Positions 42,711-52,273 of a stretch of DNA of 64,000 nucleotides are shown one piece after another. The first letter of the stretch is position 1. Each line of letters starts with the position of its first letter. The notes beneath the pieces were generated by a model, which had not been told where the DNA came from, searched no databases, and worked only from the letters and a program-made list of their open reading frames with translations. Location: assembly GCA_037927135.1 (NCBI GenBank), contig JAXSPP010000002.1:165155-229154 (forward strand). The letters are read 5' to 3'. Position numbers and translations under genes: made by a program. Source of the stretch: Candidatus Pampinifervens sinense. Lineage in GTDB: Bacteria; Aquificota; Aquificia; Aquificales; Aquificaceae.

Positions 42711-44102
42711 ATGAAAAAGTTAACCCTTTTACTTGGTATATTTAGCCTTTCCTTTGCTCAAGAGAGCTTGGAAGAGTTAAAAAGACAGCTTGAGGAACAA
42801 AGGAAGATAATAAAAGAGCTTGAAAAGAAGATAGAAGCCTTAGAAAAGGCACAAAAGGGCCAAGAGGAGAAAAAGGCCGAAAGGCCCTTGCCTGCAGACA
42901 GAAGCCTACAGCTAAGGGCAAAGTATGAAGAAAGGCTAAAAGCCTACCAGATAAGCCCCTTTAGGCAAACAGCCTTTTTGCCAGACATAGCCTTTATAGT
43001 GGATACCTCTTTGGTGGGAAGAAATAGAAAGGATGAGGAATACAAAGAGCTTGAGATACCAGAACTTTTCCATACGCATAAAGAAGGGGGCCACGCTGGC
43101 CTAAACGAAAAAAGAGGCTTTAACCTAAACTACGGAGAGCTTTACCTTTATGCGCCCGTGGACCCATACTTTGACCTCTATGCCACCATACCCTTCTCGG
43201 AGGAAGGTTCAAAGCTGGAAGAAGCCTACGCAGTTACCAGAGGTTTGCCCTTTGGCTTCCAGCTAAAGGTAGGAAAGTTTAGAAGCTCCTTTGGAAGGCT
43301 AAATGCTCAGCATCCACACGCATGGGACTTTGCCACCCAGCCCCTTATCAATAAGGTCTTTTTGGGAGAGGATGGACTTGTGGAAAAAGGTATAGGCATA
43401 AACTGGCTTGCGCCCACACCCTTTTACTTACTCTTTGGTGCGGAGGTATTGCAGGGAGAGAATGAACAAAGCTTTAACTATAAAGGCTTTAAAATAGACA
43501 ACTTTGAAATAGAGGATAGGAGTGTGCCAAACCTTTATGTGGGCTATGTAAAAACCTCTTTTGATATAGGAAACCTCTCCCTATTGACAGGCTTTTCCTA
43601 CGCACAGGGCAAACACAGAGAGGCCGAAGATCACGAAGGGCTTGATGCCAAAACCAAGCTCTACGGCTTTGATCTGACGGCCAGATACCAGATAGACAGC
43701 ATAAGGTATATATCACTGCAAGGTGAGTATATGTATAGGGACCAAAAGGGCAAAAAGTATGAGTTTAATAACAGCCAGCTTGAAACAAAGGGCATCACCA
43801 AGAAACAGGGAGGCTTTTACCTACAGCTTGTAGGCAGGATAAACAAGCAATGGAGAGTGGGCATCCAATACAATCTAATAAACAAAAACACTGTAAAGGA
43901 AGACGGCACAAAAGAGGATCTTCCCAAAAACCTCCCTGCCTACTATGCCATGGTGGAGTATGGCCCTACTGAGTTTTCGCGCATTAGGTTGCAATTTGGA
44001 GAGAACAGAGCCTTTTACAAGGATGGTGTGAGAAAGCCGGTAAAAGAGGTCATCCTTCAGTTTAACTTTGCCATAGGAGCCCATGGGGCCCATCCCTTTT
44101 AA
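42711..44102 (+). CDS. Outer-membrane beta-barrel, putative metal uptake protein (N-terminal coiled coil, His motifs)
   Basis: Signal peptide, coiled coil, amphipathic beta strands, HTHKEGGH, HPHAWDF, C-terminal GAHGAHPF. Confidence 0.75.
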   Translation: MKKLTLLLGIFSLSFAQESLEELKRQLEEQRKIIKELEKKIEALEKAQKGQEEKKAERPLPADRSLQLRAKYEERLKAYQISPFRQTAFLPDIAFIVDTSLVGRNRKDEEYKELEIPELFHTHKEGGHAGLNEKRGFNLNYGELYLYAPVDPYFDLYATIPFSEEGSKLEEAYAVTRGLPFGFQLKVGKFRSSFGRLNAQHPHAWDFATQPLINKVFLGEDGLVEKGIGINWLAPTPFYLLFGAEVLQGENEQSFNYKGFKIDNFEIEDRSVPNLYVGYVKTSFDIGNLSLLTGFSYAQGKHREAEDHEGLDAKTKLYGFDLTARYQIDSIRYISLQGEYMYRDQKGKKYEFNNSQLETKGITKKQGGFYLQLVGRINKQWRVGIQYNLINKNTVKEDGTKEDLPKNLPAYYAMVEYGPTEFSRIRLQFGENRAFYKDGVRKPVKEVILQFNFAIGAHGAHPF

Positions 44103-44114
44103 GGAGGTAAAGCC

Positions 44115-44984
44115 ATGAGAAGCCTATTAATACTTCTTCTTAGTCTTTCCCTTTCCTTTGCCCAACTAAAGGTGGTTGCTGTTTACCCTTGGATAGGTGA
44201 GCTTGTCAAAGAAATAGGAAAGGATAAAGTAAAGCTACATGTTATAGCAAAACCCACTGAGGATTTTCACTTTGTAGTGCCGAGGCCTTCCCATATAGCC
44301 AAGCTAAGGGATGCAGACCTCCTTATCATAAACGGCGCAAGCCTTGAGATAGGCTTTTTGCCACCCTTGATCCAGCAATCTAATAACCCCAAAATACAGC
44401 TCGGAAGGGAAGGCTTTTTGGACCTCTCAAGCTTTGTAAATCTAATAGAAAAGCCTCTCTCTGTCTCAAGAGCCATGGGAGATGTGCATCCTGAGGGAAA
44501 CCCTCACTACAGCTTAGACCCCCACAACATACCCATACTGGCAAGGGCTATAAAGGATAAGATGTGCCAGCTTGATCAAAAGAACTGCACCTTTTACACT
44601 TCAAACCTTGAGGACTTCTTAAAAAGGTGGAGCCAAAAGCTAAAAGAGTGGGATGAGGGCTTTTCCAAGCTAAAAGGCACAAAGGTTATACAATATCACA
44701 AGACTTATGATTACCTCTTTGTGCGATACGGAATAGAAAAGGCAGGCACATTAGAACCTTTGCCGGGCATCCCACCTACGGCCAAACATCTGGAAGAGCT
44801 TATAAACAGGTCAAAGGGAGTAAAGTTTGTAGTCTATGAAATATTTAGAGAACCAAAGCCTGCCAAAAGGGTAGCAGAGGCCATAGGAGCCAAGGCAATT
44901 GTACTTCCTCATGATGTGGGTGTGGAAGGTGTAAGGGACCTCTTTGGCCTTTTTGATGAAATCCTGATGAGGCTTTCAAGATGA
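44115..44984 (+). CDS. Cluster A-I (ZnuA/TroA-like) metal ABC substrate-binding protein
   Basis: EDFHF, DLLIING..LE, GNPHY.LDP, YH, EPLPGIPPT..HL. Confidence 0.9.
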   Translation: MRSLLILLLSLSLSFAQLKVVAVYPWIGELVKEIGKDKVKLHVIAKPTEDFHFVVPRPSHIAKLRDADLLIINGASLEIGFLPPLIQQSNNPKIQLGREGFLDLSSFVNLIEKPLSVSRAMGDVHPEGNPHYSLDPHNIPILARAIKDKMCQLDQKNCTFYTSNLEDFLKRWSQKLKEWDEGFSKLKGTKVIQYHKTYDYLFVRYGIEKAGTLEPLPGIPPTAKHLEELINRSKGVKFVVYEIFREPKPAKRVAEAIGAKAIVLPHDVGVEGVRDLFGLFDEILMRLSR

Positions 44985-45742
44985 TGGACATCTTTCTAAA
45001 CAGCTTTTTGCTTTCTGTGGTGCTTGTGGGCATTCATGCCTACTTTGGAAGGGAGATTATAAAAAGGGGCATAATCTTTACCGATATTGCAGTAGCCCAG
45101 TTTTCCGGAGTGGGCCTTGCCCTCTCCCTCCTTCTCTTTCATGGAGAACACCTTTATCTTTTTTCTTTAATCTTTTCCCTCCTTGCAAGCCTTCTTATAG
45201 CCCTCTCTCAAAGGATCAAAGAATACACAGAAGCCTTCATAGGCCTTTTGTATGCTTTGGGCTTTTCCTCCGTTGTCCTTATCCTTTCCTTCTCACCCTT
45301 TGGTATGGAGGAACTAAAGAAGATAACGGCCAGCGACATACTCTTTGTGCAAAGGGAGGAGGTCTTCAAAACAGCCATAATTTACTTTGTTATAGGCCTT
45401 CTTCTCTATTTTAGAAGGCGTCTCAAAGAGTTTTTTCAGGAGCTTTCCTTTTTTGTCCTCTTTTCCCTTACCCTTGCCAGCTCGGTAAAGCTTGTGGGCG
45501 TTTTGGTGGTCTTTTCCCTTCTGGTAGCTCCAGCCTTGGTCTCTTTGCTACTTGGTAGAGGCCTAATCTTTGCTTGGGCCTTTGGCACCCTTTTGAACCT
45601 TTTGGCCATAGGCATATCCTTTAAGCTTGACCTTCCTACTGGCTACAGTATGGCCTTTTTACAGTCCTTGGTGGCTATCTTACTTTTTCTTGGTAAGCTG
45701 GCTCTTGTAGCCAAAAATACTCTTCCCTCTCAGGGCCGGTAG
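44981..45742 (+). CDS. Metal ABC transporter permease (ZnuB-like)
   Basis: Multi-TM; RGIIFTDIAVAQ, VKLVGVLVV.SLL.AP, DLPTG. Confidence 0.86.
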   Translation: MMDIFLNSFLLSVVLVGIHAYFGREIIKRGIIFTDIAVAQFSGVGLALSLLLFHGEHLYLFSLIFSLLASLLIALSQRIKEYTEAFIGLLYALGFSSVVLILSFSPFGMEELKKITASDILFVQREEVFKTAIIYFVIGLLLYFRRRLKEFFQELSFFVLFSLTLASSVKLVGVLVVFSLLVAPALVSLLLGRGLIFAWAFGTLLNLLAIGISFKLDLPTGYSMAFLQSLVAILLFLGKLALVAKNTLPSQGR

Positions 45743-46973
45743 AAAGCATCACAATAGGCACTCCAAGGTAGCTTTGGATAAAATCCAGATAGTCAAGGGC
45801 TTCCTTTGGAAGCTGGGAGAGGCTTTTTGCTCCCTTTGTGTCCCTTTGCCATCCCTTAAAACTCTTGTATATGGGCCTTATGTTCTCTAGCTGGCTCAAG
45901 CTTGCCGGAAAGTAGTCAATGGCCTGCCCCATATATTCATAGGCCACACACACCTTTATCTCCTCAAACTCATCCAATACATCCAGCTTGGTGATTATTA
46001 GGCCATCAAGGCCGTTTACCTCCACCGCATACTTCAAAGCCACAAGGTCCAGCCATCCGCATCTCCTTGGCCTTCCCGTAGTGGCCCCATACTCTCCACC
46101 CCTTTCTCTCAGTTTTTCTCCCATCTCATCCTTTAGCTCCGTTGGAAAGGGCCCTTCACCCACCCTTGTGGTGTATGCTTTTGACACAGCCCAAAAGCTT
46201 GCATCAGAAAAATACTTTGGAGGAAGGCCCGTACCGCTAGAGAGGCCCAAGGCTGAAGCATTAGAAGAGGTCACATAGGGATAAGTGCCCATATCCACGT
46301 CAAGCATGGTTCCCTGCGCACCCTCAAAAAGCACCCTACCCTTAAAATCAAGAAGCCACCTTGTAGTATCTATCACCCTATCTTTTATCTTATTGTAGCT
46401 TTCCATAGTTTTTTCAAACATCTCCTCAGGGTCAAGCTTGTGGTTCTCACAGTAGACCTTCTCGCAAAGGTCCTGCACAAACTCTAGATTGTCTTTTATG
46501 AGCCTGTAGGTCCTGTCCTTGTCTTCAAGGTCGCATACTCTTATGCCCTTCCTTCCATACTTGAACATGTAGGAAGGACCTATACCCCTCAAGGTGGTGC
46601 CAATCTTGCCTTTTCTTTCAAAAAGAGAGTCAAGCACCTTATGGTAAGGCATCACAAGGTGCGCCCTGTTGCTCACAAAGACCCTGTCCCAAACCTTTAG
46701 ACCCCTTTCCTCAAGCTCTTCTATCTCTTTTACCAAGAGTTCTAAGTCTACCACCATGCCTTGGGCCACTATGCCTATGGTATGCTCATGGAGTATGCCC
46801 GTTGGCAAAAGGTGAAGTATGAACTTTTCTCCACCTACCACCACCGTGTGGCCCGCATTGCTACCCCCTTGGTATCGCACCACCGCATCAAAGTCTGCAG
46901 AAAGCAGATCCACTATCTTCCCCTTTCCTTCATCGCCCCACTGGGCACCAAGCACAACAAGATGTTTTTTCAT
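45675..46973 (-). CDS. purA: Adenylosuccinate synthetase
   Basis: QWGDEGKGK, GGSNAGHT, EGAQG, TTGRPRRCGW, TKLDVL. Confidence 0.97.
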   Translation of the reverse strand: MKKHLVVLGAQWGDEGKGKIVDLLSADFDAVVRYQGGSNAGHTVVVGGEKFILHLLPTGILHEHTIGIVAQGMVVDLELLVKEIEELEERGLKVWDRVFVSNRAHLVMPYHKVLDSLFERKGKIGTTLRGIGPSYMFKYGRKGIRVCDLEDKDRTYRLIKDNLEFVQDLCEKVYCENHKLDPEEMFEKTMESYNKIKDRVIDTTRWLLDFKGRVLFEGAQGTMLDVDMGTYPYVTSSNASALGLSSGTGLPPKYFSDASFWAVSKAYTTRVGEGPFPTELKDEMGEKLRERGGEYGATTGRPRRCGWLDLVALKYAVEVNGLDGLIITKLDVLDEFEEIKVCVAYEYMGQAIDYFPASLSQLENIRPIYKSFKGWQRDTKGAKSLSQLPKEALDYLDFIQSYLGVPIVMLSTGPEREEYFWLQEPAYQEKVR

Positions 46974-48070
46974 CGCACCGCCTCTTGAAGTTCTTCCACC
47001 TTCTCTCTTATAGCCTTTAAAAGCTCCTCTATCCCCCACCCCTTTACCGCAGAGATCACCACAGCCTTGCTGTCCATGAAGGCTGGTTCAGTTAGGTATC
47101 TAATATCTTCCTCCTTCTCCACCACCTTATCGGCCTTGTTAAAGACATAGATAACGGGCTTTTCATCGGCAGATAGGTCCTTTAGAATTTCTTTTACCAC
47201 CTTTACCTTTTCAAGCCACTTTTTGTCCGATATGTCTATCACATGCAAAAGGATGTCCGCCTCTTGAACTTCCTCAAGGGTGGCCTTGAAGGACTCTATA
47301 AGCTCAGGTGGAAGCCTCCTTATAAAGCCTACCGTGTCGGTGATAAGCACCTTTATATCTGGAAATAGGAACTTGGCGGAGGTCTTTGTATCCAAGGTGG
47401 CAAAGGGCATGTCTGCCACAAAGGTTTCCCTGCCTGTCAAAAGCCTCAAAAGGCTTGACTTTCCTACGTTTGTATATCCTACGAGGGCCACCTTTACCAC
47501 CTTTAGGTCTCCAGAGCTTTCTCTCCTTTTCCTTTGCTCCCTTCTTTGCCTCTTTATGTCCTCAAGCTCCTCCTTTATCTGCTGTATCCTCTTCTTTATC
47601 CACCTTTTCCTTATCTCCGCCTCTTGCTCACCGGGACCCCTTGTCCCCACACCACCACCAAGCCTAGAAAGCTCCTTTCCCCTTCCATATAGCCTTGGAA
47701 GCTCATAGGTTAGCTTGGCAAGCTCCACCTGAAGCTTGGCCGTCTTTGACCTTACCCTTCTGGAGAATATCTCAAGCACAAGGTCCGCACGGTCCATAAT
47801 CTTTCTACCTATGGCCTTTTCAAGGTTTGCCACCTGGGATGGGCTTAGGAAGGTATCAAAGATGATAACATCTGCACCAGTGCCTTCGGCAACTTGTCTT
47901 ATTTCTTCCACCTTTCCCGCACCCACATAAAACCTTGGGTCTGGTTTGTTCTTTCTTTGAACTATGTAACCTAGACATTTGCCATCTACAGCCTTTAGGA
48001 GCTCTTTTAGCTCTTCCAAGGACTCCCTATCTTCTTTGCTTTCCAAAAGGCCAACTAAGATTGCCTTCAT
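46970..48070 (-). CDS. hflX: GTPase HflX
   Basis: GTRGPGE, GYTNVGKS, FATLD, DTVG, NKAD. Confidence 0.96.
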   Translation of the reverse strand: MKAILVGLLESKEDRESLEELKELLKAVDGKCLGYIVQRKNKPDPRFYVGAGKVEEIRQVAEGTGADVIIFDTFLSPSQVANLEKAIGRKIMDRADLVLEIFSRRVRSKTAKLQVELAKLTYELPRLYGRGKELSRLGGGVGTRGPGEQEAEIRKRWIKKRIQQIKEELEDIKRQRREQRKRRESSGDLKVVKVALVGYTNVGKSSLLRLLTGRETFVADMPFATLDTKTSAKFLFPDIKVLITDTVGFIRRLPPELIESFKATLEEVQEADILLHVIDISDKKWLEKVKVVKEILKDLSADEKPVIYVFNKADKVVEKEEDIRYLTEPAFMDSKAVVISAVKGWGIEELLKAIREKVEELQEAVR

Positions 48071-48279
48071 TAACCTCCTTGCACTATGGTGCTTATGGCA
48101 TGTTTATAGATTAAGTTTGGTTCTCCTTCCACTTCCAACAGAATTGTATACTTATCATGGTCCAGAATCTTACCCGTTATCCTAGTGCCCCTTGTGAGGA
48201 ACACGGTCACAGTCACAGCCTTCCTCTTTAGCTCTTCAATGTATTCGTCTTGAACGTTTGTGTTCCTCTCCATAAACAT
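48070..48279 (-). CDS. hfq: RNA chaperone Hfq
   Basis: QD, VFLTRG, D.YTILL, IYKHAISTI; upstream of hflX; start uncertain (48294/48279/48273). Confidence 0.9.
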   Translation of the reverse strand: MFMERNTNVQDEYIEELKRKAVTVTVFLTRGTRITGKILDHDKYTILLEVEGEPNLIYKHAISTIVQGG

Positions 48280-48341
48280 ACCCACTACCTCCATAATAAA
48301 TTATAAAAGAATTTGTAATTAGTCAAGAAAAGAGGGAGTGC

Positions 48342-48370
48342 TTGATTTTTGATTGAATTTGTGGTATAAT
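48342..48370 (+). promoter_or_regulatory. Sigma-70 promoter of CsgG-like gene
   Basis: TTGATT-17 nt-TATAAT with TG extended -10. Confidence 0.55.
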
Positions 48371-48397
48371 TTAAAGCCAAAAAAAAGGAGGGTGTCA

Positions 48398-49174
48398 ATG
48401 AGAAAGGGTCTTTTAGCCCTAGCCCTTGTAGGTTTAGCCCTTGGAGAAACAAAGGTGCAAGAAAAGCAGTACGTAGTTGTGGCAAAATGCGATAGCCCTA
48501 CAAACATAAAGCTTACAGTGGGTAACGTAAGATGCACGGCGGCGGGGTGTCAGCAGGGTGGGGCAAGGGAAAACCCTGGCCTGTTCCAACTTTTACAGCT
48601 TGCGGGAGTTCCAAGCTTTGAAGGTATTGGCAATGGTCTCAGAGACATGTTTAACACTGCATTGAACCAAACGGGATGCTTTAGAATATTTGATAGGGAA
48701 GCTTTGGAGGCCATAAGGCAAGAGCTGGCCCTTGCTGGCAAAACTCTAAAGGCAGAATCTGCGGACTACATAGTCCTTGCCAACGTAACTTCTATAAACT
48801 TTGAAAGGAAAGGGGGAAACCTTGGACTAGGCTTTATACCTATCCTTAGCGCCATATCTGTAACAAAGCAAACAGCTCAGCTTGCTATGGATGTAAGGCT
48901 TGTGAAGGTGGAGACTGGTGAAGTGGTATTTACAAAGACTTATACAGCCGAGGCTGGAAAGACCTCCTACGGCTTTGGAGCGGCCGGTTATGGTAGCGGA
49001 GTGGGCTTTGGTGGAACTTTGAGCGGTCTTTCTGGTACGGCCATGGAAGAGGTGGCAAGGGACATAATCATGAGGGCTTCCTTTGATATTGCCAAGTTCT
49101 TAGCCCCAGATAAGGTAAAGGAGATAAGGGTGGAGGTTCCAAAGAAGGAGAAGAAGGAAGAAGGATCAGAATGA
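48398..49174 (+). CDS. CsgG/HfaB-family envelope protein
   Basis: Signal peptide, ALNQTGCFRIFDRE.L, ADYIV, MDVRLVKVETGEV; SD AAGGAGG. Confidence 0.82.
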   Translation: MRKGLLALALVGLALGETKVQEKQYVVVAKCDSPTNIKLTVGNVRCTAAGCQQGGARENPGLFQLLQLAGVPSFEGIGNGLRDMFNTALNQTGCFRIFDREALEAIRQELALAGKTLKAESADYIVLANVTSINFERKGGNLGLGFIPILSAISVTKQTAQLAMDVRLVKVETGEVVFTKTYTAEAGKTSYGFGAAGYGSGVGFGGTLSGLSGTAMEEVARDIIMRASFDIAKFLAPDKVKEIRVEVPKKEKKEEGSE

Positions 49175-49180
49175 TCTTTT

Positions 49181-49915
49181 ATGCTTAACCGAACTCTCCT
49201 TTTCGGTGAGGGGCTCTTTGAGACCATAAGGTGGAAGCCATCGGAAGAGAAGTTAAAACTCCATTATGAAAGGCTAAAAAGCTCTGCTCTTTCCTTGGGC
49301 ATTCCACATCCTACCTATGAGGAGTTTTTAAGGGATATAGAGGAGGCCACAGGGAAAAGGACAGATCTTTACGTTAAATACCTTCTTATATCCAAGGGGA
49401 GTGAGCATATTACAGATGAGCCAAAGGATTATGGAAGGCTTATACTGGTAAAGGATCTCAAGCCACAACCAGAAAGGGTTGATCTTTGCATATCACCTTA
49501 CAGAAGGCATTCATCCGACCCAGTCTGCAGGCACAAAAGCACCTCTTACCTTTTTAACCTTCTTGTAAAGAAGCATGCAAAAGGCAGGGGTTTTTGGGAT
49601 GGTGTGATAGTTAATGAGAAGGGGTATGTGTGCGAAACATCTACTGCAAACCTCATTTTTCTTAAAGGTTCTAAGTTTTTTACACCGGCAAAGGCCTGTG
49701 GACTTCTTTGGGGCACTACCCTTCAGTTTCTACAAAAAAGACTAGACATAGAAGAGGACTACATAGAAATTTCAAAGATGGAAGACTTTGACTGTGTTAT
49801 GGTCCTAAACTCTCTTATCCTATGCGCTGTAGTAGACAGATTTGAGGAAAAAAGGCTAAAAGTTGATTTGGAGGCCTTTGAAGAGGTTAGCCGTATCCTA
49901 AAAGCCTCCCTATAG
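49181..49915 (+). CDS. Class IV aminotransferase / aminodeoxychorismate lyase-like
   Basis: FGEGLFETI, H.ERL, HKS, ETSTAN, L.GT. Confidence 0.82.
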   Translation: MLNRTLLFGEGLFETIRWKPSEEKLKLHYERLKSSALSLGIPHPTYEEFLRDIEEATGKRTDLYVKYLLISKGSEHITDEPKDYGRLILVKDLKPQPERVDLCISPYRRHSSDPVCRHKSTSYLFNLLVKKHAKGRGFWDGVIVNEKGYVCETSTANLIFLKGSKFFTPAKACGLLWGTTLQFLQKRLDIEEDYIEISKMEDFDCVMVLNSLILCAVVDRFEEKRLKVDLEAFEEVSRILKASL

Positions 49916-50531
49916 CCTCTGCAAGCACCATATCCTCTGGATAAGTTATCTTTATATTGGTAGCCTCCCCTTGAACAATCCCCACCCTATAACCATAACG
50001 CTCAAGCAACATGGCATCATCTGTAGCAAAAAAGCCCTCATTCCTGCTCCTAAAGTGGCACTCAAGGAGCACTTTTCTGTCAAAGCCTTGTGGTGTTTGA
50101 GATAGCCAAAGGTTTGACCTATCAACCGTTTCAACCACCATGCCATGCATAACTCTCTTGACCGTATCCCTTATAGGTATGGCGGTTATCTTTCCATGGT
50201 ATTCTCCAAGCTGTGAGACTTTAAAGAAGAGGTCTAGGCTGGCAAAGGGCCTTGCACAGTCATGTATAACCACAACGTCGCCCGTAGCCTCTAGGAGTGC
50301 GTTAAAGACTGAGTCTTGTCTTTCTTTTCCCCCTTGCACCTTTTTTACCCCTTTTGGCAAGTTCCACCTTTCCAGATCTTCAGGTGGCAATACCAAAAGG
50401 ATCTCTTCAAACCTACCAAGGACCTTTTCTAAAGAATGCATAAAAAGCGGTTTTCCAAGAAGGTTTTTAAACTGCTTTTTTCCACCAAACCTTTTCCCCT
50501 CACCTGCGGAGAGGAGAATAAGGCTTATCAT
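49887..50531 (-). CDS. ispD: 2-C-methyl-D-erythritol 4-phosphate cytidylyltransferase
   Basis: AGEGKRFG..KQF, GGKERQDSV, HDCARP, QTPQ, TDD, NIKITYPED. Confidence 0.95.
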   Translation of the reverse strand: MISLILLSAGEGKRFGGKKQFKNLLGKPLFMHSLEKVLGRFEEILLVLPPEDLERWNLPKGVKKVQGGKERQDSVFNALLEATGDVVVIHDCARPFASLDLFFKVSQLGEYHGKITAIPIRDTVKRVMHGMVVETVDRSNLWLSQTPQGFDRKVLLECHFRSRNEGFFATDDAMLLERYGYRVGIVQGEATNIKITYPEDMVLAEAIGRLLGYG

Positions 50532-50881
50532 TCCTCTTTTAAGCTTTCAATCTTGTTGATAATTTGATCCTTTAGTTCCTCCGCCTTTGGGTCCTCTGAA
50601 GATATCACATACTCACCACCTTTGTCTAATACCATACCAAGAAGATAAAAACCCTTCACCTCCATCTCAAGGGTTTCCTTTGTGGCCCTATCAAGGAACT
50701 TTTTAACACTTTCCGCATCACTAAGGCATACCTTGAAATCCATAAGTTCAAGCTCTTCCACATCTGCATCTTCCTTGGGCATGTATAGGCAATATATGGT
50801 ATATTCCCCTTCTTTGGCCTTATCCTTTAGGTTTTCAAAAAGCCTTTCTACAAAGGCCCTCACCTGATGCCTCACACTCAT
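50528..50881 (-). CDS. Hypothetical protein
   Basis: 117-aa acidic ORF with ATGA overlap to ispD. Confidence 0.7.
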   Translation of the reverse strand: MSVRHQVRAFVERLFENLKDKAKEGEYTIYCLYMPKEDADVEELELMDFKVCLSDAESVKKFLDRATKETLEMEVKGFYLLGMVLDKGGEYVISSEDPKAEELKDQIINKIESLKEE

Positions 50882-50974
50882 GGTGAATATTTTATTACAC
50901 TCTATGAGGTTGGGTAAATTTAAGCAAATTAGGAATATAATAATGTGTAAATATTCTTATGAAGGAGGTGTATC

Positions 50975-51349
50975 ATGGAGCAGAAAGCACCAGATCTGGT
51001 GATAATACTTCTTACAGGGAAGGAGAACCCTAAGAGGCTACCCTCTGCCTTTTTCTTGGCATCAACGGCAGCTGCAGAAGATATGAACGTAGTTATCTAC
51101 TTTACAGGTCCAGCTACCGAGCTTCTCAAAAAAGGTGTGGCGGATAACATCTATCCAATGGAAGGTGGTCAACCACTCTCTTACTTTATCAAGCTTGCCT
51201 TGGACAACGGTGTGCAAATGGTAGCATGTAAGCAATCCCTGGATCTCAACGGCATGACGGAAGAAGATTTGGCTTACAACTTCCCAGTGCTTACACCTAC
51301 ACAAGCTCTACCAACCCTCGGTATGGCTGGAAGGGTTCTAACCTGGTAA
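50975..51349 (+). CDS. DsrE/DsrF-like family protein
   Basis: V.IYFTG.AT.LL, GVQMVAC..SL; SD AAGGAGGTG. Confidence 0.8.
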   Translation: MEQKAPDLVIILLTGKENPKRLPSAFFLASTAAAEDMNVVIYFTGPATELLKKGVADNIYPMEGGQPLSYFIKLALDNGVQMVACKQSLDLNGMTEEDLAYNFPVLTPTQALPTLGMAGRVLTW

Positions 51350-52273
51350 TAAGCTCATAGCCCTCTCAAACACAACCTCTGGCTCTATCTGCAGGCATGG
51401 GAAGGGGTACTCTCCCAGCCTGCACTTTCCTTTTCCATGAGGATCGCAAGGCTGACAGCTAAGACCCTTCAATAGGTATACACCTTCCTCTTCACTTAAG
51501 GCAAAGCCAAAGGTGGGGTGGGTCCCTCCGTATATCTGCACAGCCTTTGTGCCCACAGCCCTTGCCATATGCAAAAGCCCAGAGTCGTTGCCGATAAAAA
51601 GCACAGCTCCCTTTATCACAGCCAGCACATCAATCAAGGACAGATCACCGCAAAGGTTTATACCCCTCCAACCTTCGCAAAGCTTTCTATCCTTTTCATC
51701 CCCCACAAAGACCACCCTATAGCCTACCTTTTCAAAGAGCTCTGCCACCCTATCAAAGTATGGATACCTCTTCTTTTCATACCTTGCCCCAGGCCCTATG
51801 CATACATACCTCTCTCCCAGCCTTCCTTTCCATAATCTTAGCCTCTCCTCCGATACAATTATCTTTGGCCTTCCACTCTTGTTGCCTATGGCCTGAAGGT
51901 ATGCTTCCACTACGCTGTATTCCTTCCTGAAGGCCTTAAAATACACCGCAAGCCTGCGCCTAAGTGAGTGCTTTTTATAGCTCTTCCAATTCCCTCCCAC
52001 CTTTAGCCTCAAGAGGAAGGTCCTTAAGTTCTTGTGCATATCCAAATATAGGTCAAAGCCCTTTAGCCTCTCAAGGCTTTCCCTGCTAAAGAGCTTTTCC
52101 TTTTCTACCTGTATGACCTCAAGCCTAGGATCCTCTGAAAAGACCTCTCCGTAGGGTCTAAAGGTCAAAAGGAAGGGCCTATAGCCAAGCTCAAGAAGAG
52201 GGTCTATAAGGCAAGAGGTGAGGACCACATCACCCAAAGAGGAAAACCTTACTATAAGGGCCTTTTTATCCAC
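51338..52273 (-). CDS. Glycosyltransferase family 9 (LPS heptosyltransferase)
   Basis: RFSSLGDVVL, PGA, GNDSGLLHMA.A. Confidence 0.9.
   Translation of the reverse strand: MDKKALIVRFSSLGDVVLTSCLIDPLLELGYRPFLLTFRPYGEVFSEDPRLEVIQVEKEKLFSRESLERLKGFDLYLDMHKNLRTFLLRLKVGGNWKSYKKHSLRRRLAVYFKAFRKEYSVVEAYLQAIGNKSGRPKIIVSEERLRLWKGRLGERYVCIGPGARYEKKRYPYFDRVAELFEKVGYRVVFVGDEKDRKLCEGWRGINLCGDLSLIDVLAVIKGAVLFIGNDSGLLHMARAVGTKAVQIYGGTHPTFGFALSEEEGVYLLKGLSCQPCDPHGKGKCRLGEYPFPCLQIEPEVVFERAMSLLPG

Noticed and set aside
45675-45742. 68-bp convergent overlap of the permease and purA
   Set aside because: Short 3' overlaps occur throughout this compact window; both proteins look complete
50929-50960. Imperfect inverted repeat upstream of the DsrE-like gene
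   Set aside because: Two mismatches in 10 bp of AT-rich sequence; not distinguishable from chance without comparative data
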